In this document: positions 37,600-51,320 of the stretch, one piece after another
Numbering within the stretch: position 1 is the first letter of the stretch
How the letters are laid out: every line of letters starts with the position of its first letter
Notes under the pieces: model-generated
Databases searched by the model: none
The model's input: the letters and a program-made list of their open reading frames with translations, nothing else
What the model was told of the DNA's origin: nothing
Program-made: the position numbers and the translations under genes
Source: Octopus bimaculoides
Lineage: Eukaryota
Direction of reading: 5' to 3'
Length of the DNA: 61,471 nt
NCBI RefSeq assembly: GCF_001194135.2
Contig: NC_068990.1
Location: 62,400,802-62,462,272 of the forward strand

Positions 37600-39213
37600 N
37601 NNNNNNNNNNNNNNNNNNNNNNNNNNNNNNNNNNNNNNNNNNNNNNNNNNNNNNNNNNNNNNNNNNNNNNNNNNNNNNNNNNNNNNNNNNNNNNNNNNNN
37701 NNNNNNNNNNNNNNNNNNNNNNNNNNNNNNNNNNNNNNNNNNNNNNNNNNNNNNNNNNNNNNNNNNNNNNNNNNNNNNNNNNNNNNNNNNNNNNNNNNNN
37801 NNNNNNNNNNNNNNNNNNNNNNNNNNNNNNNNNNNNNNNNNNNNNNNNNNNNNNNNNNNNNNNNNNNNNNNNNNNNNNNNNNNNNNNNNNNNNNNNNNNN
37901 NNNNNNNNNNNNNNNNNNNNNNNNNNNNNNNNNNNNNNNNNNNNNNNNNNNNNNNNNNNNNNNNNNNNNNNNNNNNNNNNNNNNNNNNNNNNNNNNNNNN
38001 NNNNNNNNNNNNNNNNNNNNNNNNNNNNNNNNNNNNNNNNNNNNNNNNNNNNNNNNNNNNNNNNNNNNNNNNNNNNNNNNNNNNNNNNNNNNNNNNNNNN
38101 NNNNNNNNNNNNNNNNNNNNNNNNNNNNNNNNNNNNNNNNNNNNNNNNNNNNNNNNNNNNNNNNNNNNNNNNNNNNNNNNNNNNNNNNNNNNNNNNNNNN
38201 NNNNNNNNNNNNNNNNNNNNNNNTATATATGATTTTATATATATGTATCATGTATATTATGTAAAATAAGTGTAGATATTACATATGATACCCAGAGCAT
38301 ACTGCATCAGATACAAAATCTGGTTACAATACAATCGTCTGATCGAACACAAACATATTCATGAATGAATTTGTTCATTATAACTAAAAAAAAAAATGAT
38401 GGTATACTTGGCTTGAGGGACTTGTAATATGTATAAGGTTTGCCGAGATGGAGATTGAAAAGGCCATTAGATTTGGTAAGGCTGTTAATTATAATGATAA
38501 TTAAAATTTTGAAATTCAGTGATCAAAGTTAATTAGGGTAGATAATGGGAATATTAATTAATGCGGAAAACATAACTGTTAGATTTTTTCCAAGGTCCAG
38601 AACAAACTATTTTACACGAGTTCTCATTTCTCCCTGTTTATAAAATCATGGTAATACTCATATGGTACATACACACTTACATACATAGATACATACATAT
38701 ATGTATGGATACACACTTACACACGAACATATGTATATAGAAGCTCACGCGCACACACACGCATCCATGCTCACTCGCACTGACATGAAATATAGAGAAT
38801 GAGACAGTGAAAGATAAATAGATAGGCATAGATATAGTCTCATATAATTTATAGATGTAGATATACTGATAATTGGGTATACACTATTGTGTAAAGTTGT
38901 GACAGGCTGTAAATAAAAGCCAATATCTAATGAAAAAAAAAAAAACAGAGAAAATCTAAGAGATGAGCTTCCAGCTTTCAGTTATTATTTCCAACATCAA
39001 AAGACATCCTGTTATTTTTATATCCCAATTTTGTTAGAAATATGATAGTAATGTCAATTTCTGCCGTCTCATGCCGTCTTTGGCAAAATTAGAAGACAAT
39101 GGCATCGTGCTGAGTGTCTGGGACGTCAGTGGAAGGTTTTGTTGCAAAACTGTGCAATCGTATCTATCAAGGTTCTGTTAGACTTTTTTTGTGTTTGTTT
39201 TACTGTGTACGCG

Positions 39214-39249
<36 letters not shown>

Positions 39250-40235
39250 NNNNNNNNNNCACATATTAAAATATATATACGCTTACGTATATACTCTACA
39301 TTTATACACACATATTGAAATGGATGCACAAATACATATTCACACACACGTACGTATATACATTTAGTTTATATTTCAGAGATACAGCCAGCAAAATGTT
39401 TTTCGTGCAAAGTTTAACAAAGTGCTGTTCAGATTTATACATATAACTTATATAACATCGAATCTGAAATTATAATAGAGTAATGTAAAGGATGCGTCGC
39501 ATAAAAACAAATGATGGCAACACATTAATATATGCATATGTACATATACATACATGCATACATACATTACATTACATACATACATAATGCATACATGCAT
39601 AATTACATACATACATATAGACATACATGCATGCATGCATACATGCATACATACATGCATACATGCATACATACATGCATACATGCATACATACACATAC
39701 ATACATACATACATACATACATACATGCATACATACATACATACATACATACATGCATACATACATGTTTATGGATATGTATAAGTTTCAGGCCTTGTGC
39801 CTATAAGAGAAAGAACTATGATTTGTTTTTTTTTTAATATGATATAGAGCGTTATGTATCAATGTTTATTGAACATTGTTCTTGAATTAATCTATAGGTT
39901 TACATTTCTTGGTTGATTATTTCGGAGCTTGCCATTATTTTCCGTTTCATGTATTGATAAAGTATGTTTTCACCACGTTCAAAAGCTTTTGTTCAACAGT
40001 TATTTCATTTTAATATTTTATAGTTTTAAACTTCTACAATTCAAAGTCCATTCGATGATGCTTTTCTGTTTTCTAAATTTTAATTTTTTTCTTCCTGTGC
40101 TTCGTAGCTACGGGTATGCTACGTCTTACGTTTGAAATTCAAAGTGTGTATTTGTAAACATAAGCAAGTGTAGAAATAATGGACATATTGCACTGATGTT
40201 TTGCTCGTACTTCTTGTCTATAAATTCCAAGGCAA

Positions 40236-40299
<64 letters not shown>

Positions 40300-40870
40300 A
40301 CTTGGGAGAATAATAAGATGGCCTATTTCAAATTCCATTGCAATCGACCTTTAGCTTTAGGCTATTTACAATCTCTTAAGTAAACTCGAAATTTTTCAGG
40401 TGTAGAAAACCCAGGTGAAAGAATGGTAAAAACCATTGTGTAGATTTATCAAAGAGTAAAATGTAATCCAAATAAGAAGACATAGTTACAGTTTATCACA
40501 TCTTTAATGACCAGTTACAGTTGTTTCTGTACCAACTCTGTTTTCAACTCCAGTTCTTGAAATCAGAATTAGTACAGAAACAATTGTGGCTGGTCATTAA
40601 AGATACGACAAACTCTTTCTTTGTCTCCTAATGTATATTCTTTGTCTCCTAATGTAAGATCCAAAGATCGAGGTGTAGGAAGAAAGTGACTTTCAAGCAA
40701 TCCGTAAAAAATATAAAAAAATTTAAAAATACAACTATCAGGGAGAATAGAAAGTTAATGGAGCGGAAGTTTGCAAATTATCCGTATCGAAGTATGATAA
40801 GCTGAAAACAATTATTTTATATTTCACGGTTGGCAGCCAGGGTTGCCAGATATACGAATAAAAATACAAG

Positions 40871-41220
40871 AGTTAAGAAATGGAGCAAATAAAATCCGGG
40901 CTACATATGTTTCATAGCGAGCAGAACCTCGGAAGTGGTAACTATTCAAGCGAGGTGCATATCGCAGGCTACTCTCCAAACCAAGGGTATCTTGATTGAA
41001 TGAAGTCTACTTTGTTGTTAGAAGGCCCATGTTAACACACGGAAGATTTATTCGGATCGAATCCTCCGTGTGTTGACATGGGTAACTTCATTTAATTAAT
41101 ATACCCTTGACCTGGAGAGTAACCTGAGGTATACACCTCGTTTGGATATTTACTACTTCCGAGGTTCTTCTCGCTATGAAACGTATGTAGCCCAGATTTT
41201 ATCTTCTCCATTCCTTAACT
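40871..41220. repeat. 350-bp foldback (long inverted repeat), probably MITE-like
   Basis: 40871-41006 pairs with 41085-41220 (116/136, ungapped); inner stem 41026-41048 / 41060-41082 (21/23); 11-nt loop. Confidence 0.93.
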
Positions 41221-41244
41221 TTCTCTATATATACATATTATGTA

Positions 41245-41282
<38 letters not shown>

Positions 41283-41668
41283 TGTGTGTGTGTGTGTGTG
41301 TGTGTACATATATGCATACATATATGATGTGTGGTGAATTTATGGAAAGGAGTCCCATAAAACTCATCAATTTAGTTAAAAATGAAGAAGACAAGTTAAA
41401 ATATATAAGAGAATTTTAATTCATGCAGACGATCGTTTCGTACAGAGATATAAAAATAATGCAAATTCATGATTGAATAAATTGGATTAAATTAATTTAA
41501 TTAGTTTAATTATATATATCACTGTACTCTTCAGTGCAGGAAGTATAAACAAAATTACAACGAACATGAGAAAGGATATAGCAAAAGAATTGAATTTAGG
41601 AGATTCATATTTTTATCCTTGTGAGAAAGAGATGAGAGTCAAGTGGGATATTGACTATTATAGTTCAG

Positions 41669-42006
41669 TAGGATTGCGGTTTCGATTCCCAGACCGAGTG
41701 TTGTGAGTGTTTATTGAGCGAAAACACCTAAAGCTCCACGAAGCTCTAGCAGAGGATGGTGCTGAACCCTGCTGTATTCTTTCACCATAACTTTCTCTCA
41801 CACTTTCTTGCTGTTTTTGTTGTACCTGTATTTCAAAGGGCCAATCTTGTCGAAATCTGTGTCACACAGAATCTCCCCTCGAGAACTACGTTAAGGGTAC
41901 ACGTGTCTGTAGAGTGCGCCAGCCACTTGCACGTTAATTTTACGAGCAGGCTGTTCCATTGATCGGATCAACTGGAACCCTCGTCGTCGTAACAGACGGA
42001 GTGCCA
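41669..42006 (+). mobile_element. Family C SINE, 5'-truncated
   Basis: TAGGATTGCGGTTTCGATTCCCAGACCG..TTTATTGAGCGAAAACACCTAAAGCTCCACGA..GACGGAGTGCC, close to 9762-10150. Confidence 0.9.
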
Positions 42007-43121
42007 CGATATGTATGTGTGTGTATGTATGTGTATTTGTACAGATATACACGCGTGGTGCATAAACTAATAGATGGATTGGCAGATATTTAGATCAACA
42101 GACACACTGTCCTTCGGCATTTGTTTCCGGTCTTTCAGTCTCTAAGTTAAACTTCCACCGAGATTATTAAATCGTCTTCGATTATTTGTTTCTGCTTTTT
42201 ATGCAATCGATGGGCCTGCAAAAACACCAGTGCCAAATTCTTTTTGATGATTGTCTTTCCTTTGGAAAACAACAGTGGCAAAAAAGGGAAGACTTGTTCG
42301 ATGGGCCGCAGCTGATCTTCCATAAGAAAATGTTGCCCAGGCCCTGGATGTGGAAGCTTCCGTTCGAGACACACAATCAAACCTGACCGATCAGATCTCT
42401 TATAAACGTAGAAACTTCAGCAAATATCTGAAATAAGTCAATTCAGGCCACTATAAACAGAACTAACATAAGAATTAAGAAAATGTACCAGTGGCCAGAA
42501 TACATAGATCTTTATGGAAATATGGTTTTGGGATGAACAAAACAAAAAAAAAAAATGAAAGAAAAAAAAAAGTGGAATAAGCTCATGAAATTTGACTTTC
42601 ATTGATCGAAGGCAGACAATCATTTAATTATTATAGTTATTTCACTATTACCATTTAAAAGAAAAAGCACTTGTACCAAAGTTTGAGCTTCCAAATCTGA
42701 ATTAACTGAGAAAAAATTAATGAGATTCGGGAGAAATATAATTTCTATTTAGCTGTAGCTACCAGAAATGCTCCTTTTTATTTAGACATTTTTCTTCTTA
42801 GGTGAATCATAATTTTTATTTCCTATAGATATTTTGAGCTATATTGAGATTGCGTATATATTTATATATCGGAGGGCATGAAAATAACAAAATAACCACC
42901 TGTTTTGGCATGGAGAATCAGCAGTTCTGAAACAGACTGGATTCTTTGTAATAACATGAAATCAAAACATAGAGTAAGGAATACTGACACAAGGAATAAA
43001 TAAATAAAAACAGTTATATTGATTTCTGATAAATTATGACGCGCGTAATAAATAATTTTGCAATAAGTTAATAATTATGCCAAACTTCGATCTTTTGAAT
43101 AGATACATGCCTACCCACTCA

Positions 43122-43152
<31 letters not shown>

Positions 43153-43184
43153 TTATACATACATGCACATACGTGTGTGTGTGT

Positions 43185-43355
43185 TCCTGATTTTGTCACA
43201 AGGCCAGTAATTTTGAAGGAAGAATTTATTGACCTTGGTGAGACGAAAGGCAATGTTGACCTCGGTGGGCTTTCAATTCTGTGGAAAGACCCCGAAGAAA
43301 TACCGCAAAGCATTTTGTTGACGCTCTAACGATTATGTCAAACCACCTCCCTCAT
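43185..43355 (-). mobile_element. Old family A SINE
   Basis: Degenerate reverse complement (GAAAGGCAATGTTGACCTCGG, CTAACGATT). Confidence 0.65.
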
Positions 43356-43832
43356 AATATATATTTAATAAAAGTTCAAATTCTTAGAAATATGTTGTTG
43401 TTTATTTGTTTGTCAGCCAAATTATATTACCCATTTATTCAGCAGTCAAGCAACTTGGTACAACAGAGTGTATTATAACTTCAGAAACAAAGATAACAAT
43501 ATAAGAATTTGAATTTCTAATATTGTCTTTGACTCTATTTGATATACATACTTAACCTCCGCCTAATAACTAAATTGTAATTGTTGAGCTTGTGAGTACT
43601 AGTTGCTAAATTGATCATGCGTTCTTTAGATGGTGGTTTGCGTGATCACTATAGCAGCAAACAACAGTATCAGAACAAACAATGCGTACTCATGGAGCAA
43701 ACCTTTAAAAGTAGACTCAATCAGCACACATATTGCTTCAGCTTCACAGCGTCAACACTATTTTCTATCACAGTCCGTTCAGAAAAATGAAGGACAATGG
43801 AGTTCAAGACATTTCTATAGCCTAGAGAATAC

Positions 43833-43872
<40 letters not shown>

Positions 43873-44347
43873 GTATGTATGCGTGTGTGTGTGTGTTCTT
43901 ATGTATACATACGCATTTACACAATCCTCTCAGAGCACAATATATTAACAAACAAAATTTTCAGTGTGTGATAGTACATTTAATTAAAGTCCCCTTCATT
44001 ATAATGCACATATTGATTTCTTTGATTAGATATAGAGACATATAATTAGAGGTGATATTACAGTCAATTGCCTCGATACCAATATTTTAATATTATTCAT
44101 TTCGAAGAGATAATTGCTAAACGGAACACTCGGTAGCGAGATACTTGCCACTATGTCTCTCTGCCCCTCTCCATCGCTGTTGATTTAACTGTCGAGTAGA
44201 TAATTGTAAGGACTTCAGATTCATATTTAGACAAAACCAAGGGGAGAAGTTTGTGTCTATTTACACACACAAGCACACACACACATACACACACGTACAT
44301 ATATATATGTATACATACACATACATAATATATACGTATACACACAT

Positions 44348-44418
<71 letters not shown>

Positions 44419-44593
44419 TGTGTGTGTATGTCTGTGTGTATGACACTAAGATGGAATATCATTTTACCTTGGAAATTATGTAATGGAGAAATCAAGTAGT
44501 AATAGAAATGCTCTTGTAACTGTTTCCATAAATTTAAGCGTATTTTGAAAGCGTGCGCACGCACACACACACACAAACACATGCACACTAATT

Positions 44594-44640
<47 letters not shown>

Positions 44641-45245
44641 ACATACTTGCATGAGAATGTGTGAATGTGTTTGTGTGTGTGTATGCGTTTGCAAGTGTCG
44701 AAATATAAAGGTACTTAAGAGAAAAACAGCCAGTAAAATGCATTCTGGGTATCAATAGTGAAATGCATTCTTAGATATGTTTGCATACTTTACTCTAGAC
44801 GTTGAATTCTTAAGTTTAATATGTCTACGTTTAAAGTGTCTTTATATCAACAGCATAGGACAAATGTGATGATCATAAGAAAAGCTTACTAATTATAAAC
44901 AAAGTGGCTGAGACTGAAAAAAAGTCGCAGAGTTAAGAATGTAGCCGTGATATTGGTCTATCTTTCTCCTCTCTCAAACAGAAAGAGGAACAAAAAAAAA
45001 AAAAAAATTCACCGAAGCTTTCGAATCACTGAAACTGGTAAAATACTGCGTGACACATTTTCAGGATAAAACGTGTGACATTTGTCATCATCGAACAGCA
45101 TGAAAGAGAAAATCGTAAGAGAATTACGATTACGGAGAGACCAATTTAAGGTGAGGAAGGAAACCGGAAATTTAGATAAGCAGCGTTTTATGCCGGGCAG
45201 AACTTATCCGTCATATTAATAAAAGGAGTAAATTATACCAAGAGC

Positions 45246-45287
<42 letters not shown>

Positions 45288-45544
45288 CACACAGAGCACA
45301 TTATAGTCAATTACATCATGCGTGGCTGTGCGGTAAGAACCTTGGTTCCTAAACGCATTGTTCAGGTTCCAGTCCCACTGCTTGGCACCTTGGGTAAGTA
45401 CGTGTCTCCAATGTCCTGTTTTTGTTCTCACCTTTGACCCTCCGTAAATCCCAAATTTTATTTGGGTATTTATGGGTGCAACAGTCTTCGAAGACTCATA
45501 TTGTCGTTCAATGCTCGAAATGGGGAGTAGATAAATAGCCGACA

Positions 45545-45638
45545 ACTAATGTGGGGTCGTTCTTTATGTTACTTGTCCTGTTTTCCATTTGTTTCTCTCG
45601 TTGTTTGCGTATTGAACTCATTTGCTTTCGTATTTCAT
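45545..45638. repeat. Unclassified dispersed repeat; second copy in opposite orientation at about 54362-54465
   Basis: Minus strand AAACAACATGAAATACGAAA..GAAACAAATGGAAAACAGGACAAGTAACATAAAGAACGACCC matches 54362-54458 on the plus strand. Confidence 0.75.
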
Positions 45639-46149
45639 GTTGTTTAATGTTGGTGTTGTAGCCAATTGAAGAGCAAGAAAACTGAAAATAGCATTCGACT
45701 ATTATAAAACAAACAAACAAACAAAACTGCGAAGAATAATTAACAAATTAATTGTTTCCAATATGGCTCTTGTCATAAGATGTGTCACTTATAGGTACGA
45801 AGTCAATAAAGTTTCACACATTAATTTTTTTCTATCCTGTATTGAATATCTACCAACGATGGTAAATGAAAGAAATGCAGAAGACATAATGAAGTTCCCT
45901 AGTCGAACAATGTTTTTCATCGACATGGTCAAAAAATGCCATATGATGTCGGATCCCAAGTTGTCCAAAATGTTCAAGTGTGTAAGGATCTCGCATTACA
46001 GTTAGATGTAAATACAGATGGCGTTTAACCAATATGGAGAAAGATTATTTCACAAAATTATTTCAACGTTCTCTTAATGTCGTGAGTTAGAAACTATAGC
46101 TACGACAATGGATATTTTCGACTGCATCAATTGCTTCTCCCAGGAATAG

Positions 46150-47400
46150 GAGATTCTGTGGGAGATTTGTAATACAGTATGGATCGAGAGTATAAAGCGG
46201 TGACAGGGTCTGGTAAAGGTTTTATTGTACGTGCAAAGCGGATAACCCCTACCAACTTTTCAACTTTACAGTCTTTCGTAGTATGTGGCGTTACTGCACT
46301 GTGCTTAATTAAACCATGGAAATGCTTAATTTCATCAAATCAAAACTTATATGAACCGCTTCTTCACACTGAAATGCAACTGGGATCGTATTTCTCATAG
46401 TTTTGTTTCATACTGAAATGCGTTGATTGTTTCACATTTAAAGAGTACTACATCATTTTTATGAACAGGACAATGAGGTGGCTGTGTTTTTCAGAGATCG
46501 AAAGCCTTCATTTCCCTTCATTTCCTCAATATTTAACACAATAATCAATGTATTGGGCCAGGATATCTCGTTGGCCTATTTGGTCAACTAAGCCATCATG
46601 AGGAATCAATGTCAGCAATATAAAACTAATTGTTTCAATAAGCAATATAGACACTTTCTCCCCGTCTCAACCCCCCCCCCAAAAAAAACACCAAATAAAA
46701 CAAAAACAAACTTGAATCTAAGAAAAAGGCCGTTCTGTGGTTTCAGGCATATTTCCGTGTTTTTGAAACACTGAGACAGTTAATCACACGAAAGTACAGA
46801 TAAGAACACTAATATTTTAGCATTTAACTACATTTACTGATTCACAATTTTTGTCAGTCATTTTCATTGGTAAGATGTGTCATCATTTGTGAATTCTGAC
46901 GATACAGCTAATCTCACTGCTACAGAACTAAACCAACCCTCTGATAACTCATTAAAATCACAATTTTCCGAACATTCTATTGACATATTCTGGATAACGA
47001 CACGAAAGGAATATCCAGAGATTGCACAAAAAGGCTTTAAAAGCGTTACTTCCCTTTTCTGTCATATATTTCTTTGAGATGGCGTTCTCATCATTCATTA
47101 AGATCAAAACGAAGCCGCAACACTGCGTATTATCGTTGGAAATTGAACTACATATCGCTTTATCAAATATTCCACTGGGACTAAATGAAATTAGTAAATC
47201 ACATTAAAGTCAGGTGTCTCATTAGTTTACAAACAACCATTAAATGTATGCTGTTCCTTTTACGTGTATTGCTTATTCACAGAAGATAATTTGATCATTT
47301 TTTTCTCTCAGTGTTAAAATGACTTTGAACTTATGAGAATTAGTTACCAGTCAGTGAAAAGTAAACTACACGGGGCTGCGACCAAAAAATTGTTTCATAT
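46150..47400 (+). mobile_element. Decayed hAT transposase remnant (Charlie/Buster-like)
   Basis: KAVTGSGKGFIVRAK; C-terminal FWITTRKEYPEIA / KALKALLPFSVIYFFEMAFSSFIKIKTK..ELHIALSNI resembles the hAT dimerisation domain. Confidence 0.82.
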
Positions 47401-47639
47401 TTATTGGGTGAAAATGATAATTTTTTTTACTTGCTGATTTAAAAAATTACAAAGAAATTATCCTATCGTGTACAGTTTCTTCACAAATTCGATCATTTCA
47501 TTTTACCATTATACCCGAATTTGACTATTGTCTTTTATTATTACTATTAATTACCATATTTAAACAGACTATAACAGTATAAATAAATGTAATTTCGAAA
47601 AATAAGCATCTGGCAATGTTTAGAACGCTTCAGCTATAC

Positions 47640-48700
47640 AGAGAAGTGTCTGCATCACTATTGTCTCAGTCACCTGCAAGCAGTGAGGGGAGAAAGACGC
47701 GCTTTACACGGTTACATTGCTTAGGTTAAGACATTTTCTTTTATATTTCAGTTAATTCCTGTTTTCAATGCATGTATGCTACAGCCATTGTTTTCTTGTA
47801 TCATATGTTACATTTCAATGCTTCTTTAACAATATTATGTATACATTTAGATGGTAAATCAAATGAATGCTATTAAAATGTCCCCACCCCGTTCCTTTAC
47901 AGACCTTCCGCGTCTTATGAAGCATGGATGTCATCTAGATGTGCAGCAAACCTCGGGTAACTTTTGGTACATTTTATGGCGAATTTATTACTAAGAAACG
48001 TCAGAAAATCATTACCGAACTTGTCAAAATATTTTATTATGCCTGCTTTGGTGTGAAATTGGGAGACCAAGATAAGTTAGTAGGCTCCTCAGAAGGCCTG
48101 CTCAATTTGTGTTGAAGGACTAAAATAATGGACAAAATGTACAAAGAAGTCTTTTTGTTTTGGGGGTTCTAATGATATGGGGAGAACCTAAAAATCACAG
48201 TGATGACTGCTACTTTTGCTCATGCAAGGTGGAAAGACACAATTCAAAAGAGTGGGGAAAACATTGATTATTCGCATCTCGCAGCTGCATTGTGACTTGT
48301 CCATGGTCCAGGCGTAAATAGCAAGGAGGGTGAGGTGAAGATACAGTGATCATAAAGGAAACAGGAAAGCTTAGTGTCACTCTTGCACAAGATTAAATTC
48401 AAAGATCACAACTGGGTGATTTACAGCAACTTGAAAGTAATATTGCATGTTGCTTGGACAATAGTTAGTCGACACAGTTTCCTTTTTTCTTGAGCGAGAC
48501 TGTAGAGCCAGAAACATCCCTTGATCTAAAAAAGAATGGTCAAGCAGGGGTACACTGATACCAGGAACATATCTTGGTCCCACAAGGGTTCTTTTGCCTC
48601 CTCTGCATACAAAACCTGGCCTCAAGCAATACATAAAAGCCTTGTCGTGGTGTTTTAGAAATAGCAGTCTAATTTTTAAAAAACAACCTACTTTAAAAAG
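47640..48700 (+). mobile_element. Internally deleted Chapaev3-like (CMC superfamily) transposon remnant
   Basis: Frameshifted translation: YYACFGVKLGDQDK, WGEPKNHSDDCYFC, HNWVIYSNLKV, VLLPPLHTKPGLKQYIKAL; motifs recalled as typical of Chapaev3. Confidence 0.78.
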
Positions 48701-48999
48701 AACATTTTTCATAATGTAGTCCTGGATACACCAAGTCTCACATGACAACGAGATGGACACGTCTGGATTGGCTTCGGGCAGACGCCGCCTTGACCAGAAT
48801 TAACCAAGGGTTAAACAAAACAATGACCATGAATCGATGAAGGAGCCTCTATTCATTCGATATAAGAGAAATAGCAGCTAAATTTCTTCAAATCAAACCC
48901 TGGAACAATGTAGTCTTAAATATACAAAAACAAAAAGGATGGTCATGGCTGGAATGCCTTTAATTATAGCTTCGTTCAAACGCTAAACAGGGACAAAGT

Positions 49000-49455
49000 A
49001 ACAAGAACAACAACCACAATAAATGCAGTAACAAAGCTGCTACCATCCCGCTATTAACAAAACTAGTTATAGCTACAACAACAAACACCACGAACACTAC
49101 CACCAATACACCCAACAACCTAACCCGATACAAGAACCACCACCACCACCACAACCACAGTATAGTCGCTGTAGGGCTACAATTGCAAACACTGCCACTA
49201 CCACCATCACAACCTCCTCCACTACAACTATTACTTTTATCATTAACAGAATCACTTTAACTACTACTACTATCACCAATATGACCATCCTCACTAAAAC
49301 ACCACGACCACCACCACTACCACAGCTCATTATGTGTACAGCTATCACCCTCACAGCTACGACGTAGTACTATCAGCGCAACCAGTAATACTACAGCAAG
49401 CAGAATTATCCCAACTACGATGACAACAAAAACAACAACAACAACAACAACAAAA

Positions 49456-49512
<57 letters not shown>

Positions 49513-49620
49513 TCTTCTTCTTCTTCTTCTTTTTCTTCTTTTTCTTCTTCTTTTTCTTCTTCAGCCGATGCCCTGCCGTCAGTACTACCATTATAACTAC
49601 TACTTCCTCCACTACTAGCA
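49000..49620. repeat. Compound trinucleotide low-complexity tract (CAA/CAC/CTA/CTT)
   Basis: Seen directly. Confidence 0.92.
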
Positions 49621-50034
49621 AAAATATTGTCAAACAAATATTTACGACCTCGCAAGTAAAAAGACATTGATAGAAACAACAGCAATAAAAGACGGAATCA
49701 CTGTTATTTTCTCTCCGAAATCATATATAAGTTAGCAAACATTGTAAACATGATACCAGAAAATCTAAAAATTCTATAACGTTACCGGCATTAAAGCCAG
49801 TTTATGGTAGCTCAAACCTGCTTGAAGCATATTCGAGCCCGTAAGAAAGCCTTCTACTCTGTTTTATCAGGGGAGAAGTTTGAATTTATACACATCTCTA
49901 CTTAGCGCTGTTACCCGGTAAAATGATTTTATTAGCACCCACGCCATTCAGGAAACATTCTTACACCAAGAATTCCGAAACATTCAACATTACTAGAAAC
50001 AATCTCTTTTACAACGTGAGTTTTCTTATAACAT

Positions 50035-50433
50035 ACTCTTTTACTTGTTTCAGTCTTTTGACTGTGGCCATGCTGGAGCACCACCTTTAGTCGAGCAAAT
50101 CGACCCCAAGTCTTATTCTTTAGAAGCCTAGTACTTATTCTATCGGTCTGTTTTGCCGAACCGCTAAGTTACGGGGACATAAACACACCAGCATCGGTTG
50201 TCAAGCGATGTTGGTGGGGGGGGGGGCCAAACACAGACACACAAACACATACATACATACATATATATATACATATATACGACAGGCTTCTTTCAGTTTC
50301 CGTCTACCAAATCCACTCACAAGGCTTTGGTCGGCCCGAGGCTATAGTAGAAGACACTTGCCCAAGATGCCACGCAGTGGGACTGAACCAGGGACATGTG
50401 GTTGGTAAGTAAGCTACTTACCACACAGCCACT
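50035..50433 (-). mobile_element. Family B SINE, full length, little diverged
   Basis: Close to the reverse complement of 54474-54895. Confidence 0.92.
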
Positions 50434-50559
50434 CGTCAAGAATTCCATGAAATGTATAGATATCATAAATAACGTTCGAAAACTAACATGAAACAGGGCT
50501 ATATTAGAAATTGTTATAATCATAGTAAAACCTATCTACACAATGCAATAAATATATTA

Positions 50560-51320
50560 AACATTTATTACCCACCACCAACCTGACCAACATTGTATGT
50601 TACACTTTTAAGGTGCATCAGCTTTGGTTTCAGTAACGCCATTGTTTTGAGAAACTTCAATGTGTTAAACACCTCGTGGTTTTCAAATAATACAGATAAC
50701 TAGAAAGGTGATGCAATAACATCGCAGCTAGTTTCATTTTGTATCCTCTACAATCTATAACAAAGCAAGCGCAAGAACACACACACATACACATACACAG
50801 ACACACACATTCTTCACCAAGCCGACTATATCAACTTTCTCAATGAATCACCTTCCGGAACATACATATAGCTACCAAAACCACTTGCCAAAATAATTCT
50901 TCAACTCGGACTACAACAAGTTATCATCACAATACACTCGCTCATCAATAAAGGAAGAAAAAACTTTTAAGAAAGCAAAATGGTAAAATGTTCCATCAAG
51001 ACATAGAATCTAAGTTTTCAGATTTCAAAAACATCGAAATCAGCATCAGGGAGACTGTAGTTGATACATTCAACAAAATAGTTATAGAAGAATGTATAAA
51101 ACATCTTAGAAAGCGACGCAACGAACACAGCAGTAATTATACACCAGAAATAGTCAAACTTACGAAAAAACAGACGGCCTCAAACACAATGTGCCTAAAC
51201 AACACAGAACTCAAATATATCCCAACATCAAATTACTAAACAAAAAAAAAAAAACTGCAAAACAGAGAACTAGGAAACACTTGTATCCTACAAAACACGC
51301 AAAATTAACAGTAAAACATT
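50560..51320 (+). pseudogene. Decayed LINE ORF2 APE-endonuclease and linker fragment
   Basis: NFNVLNTSWFSNNTDN*KGDAI (about GDFNA..W.S...RG), ATGAATCACCTTCC (about SDHLP), KAKW.MFHQDIESKF..TPEIVKL. Confidence 0.55.

Noticed and set aside
39038-39180. Peptide LEDNGIVLSVWDVSG resembling a small-GTPase WDxxG motif
   Set aside because: No good donor after the motif, no P-loop or NKxD exons found, and the frame closes soon after.
45065-45150. Plus-strand exon candidate with donor AAG|GTGAGG
   Set aside because: All three frames contain stops and there is no other support.
48377-48760. 127-aa minus-strand ORF
   Set aside because: Antisense shadow of the plus-strand Chapaev3-like remnant.
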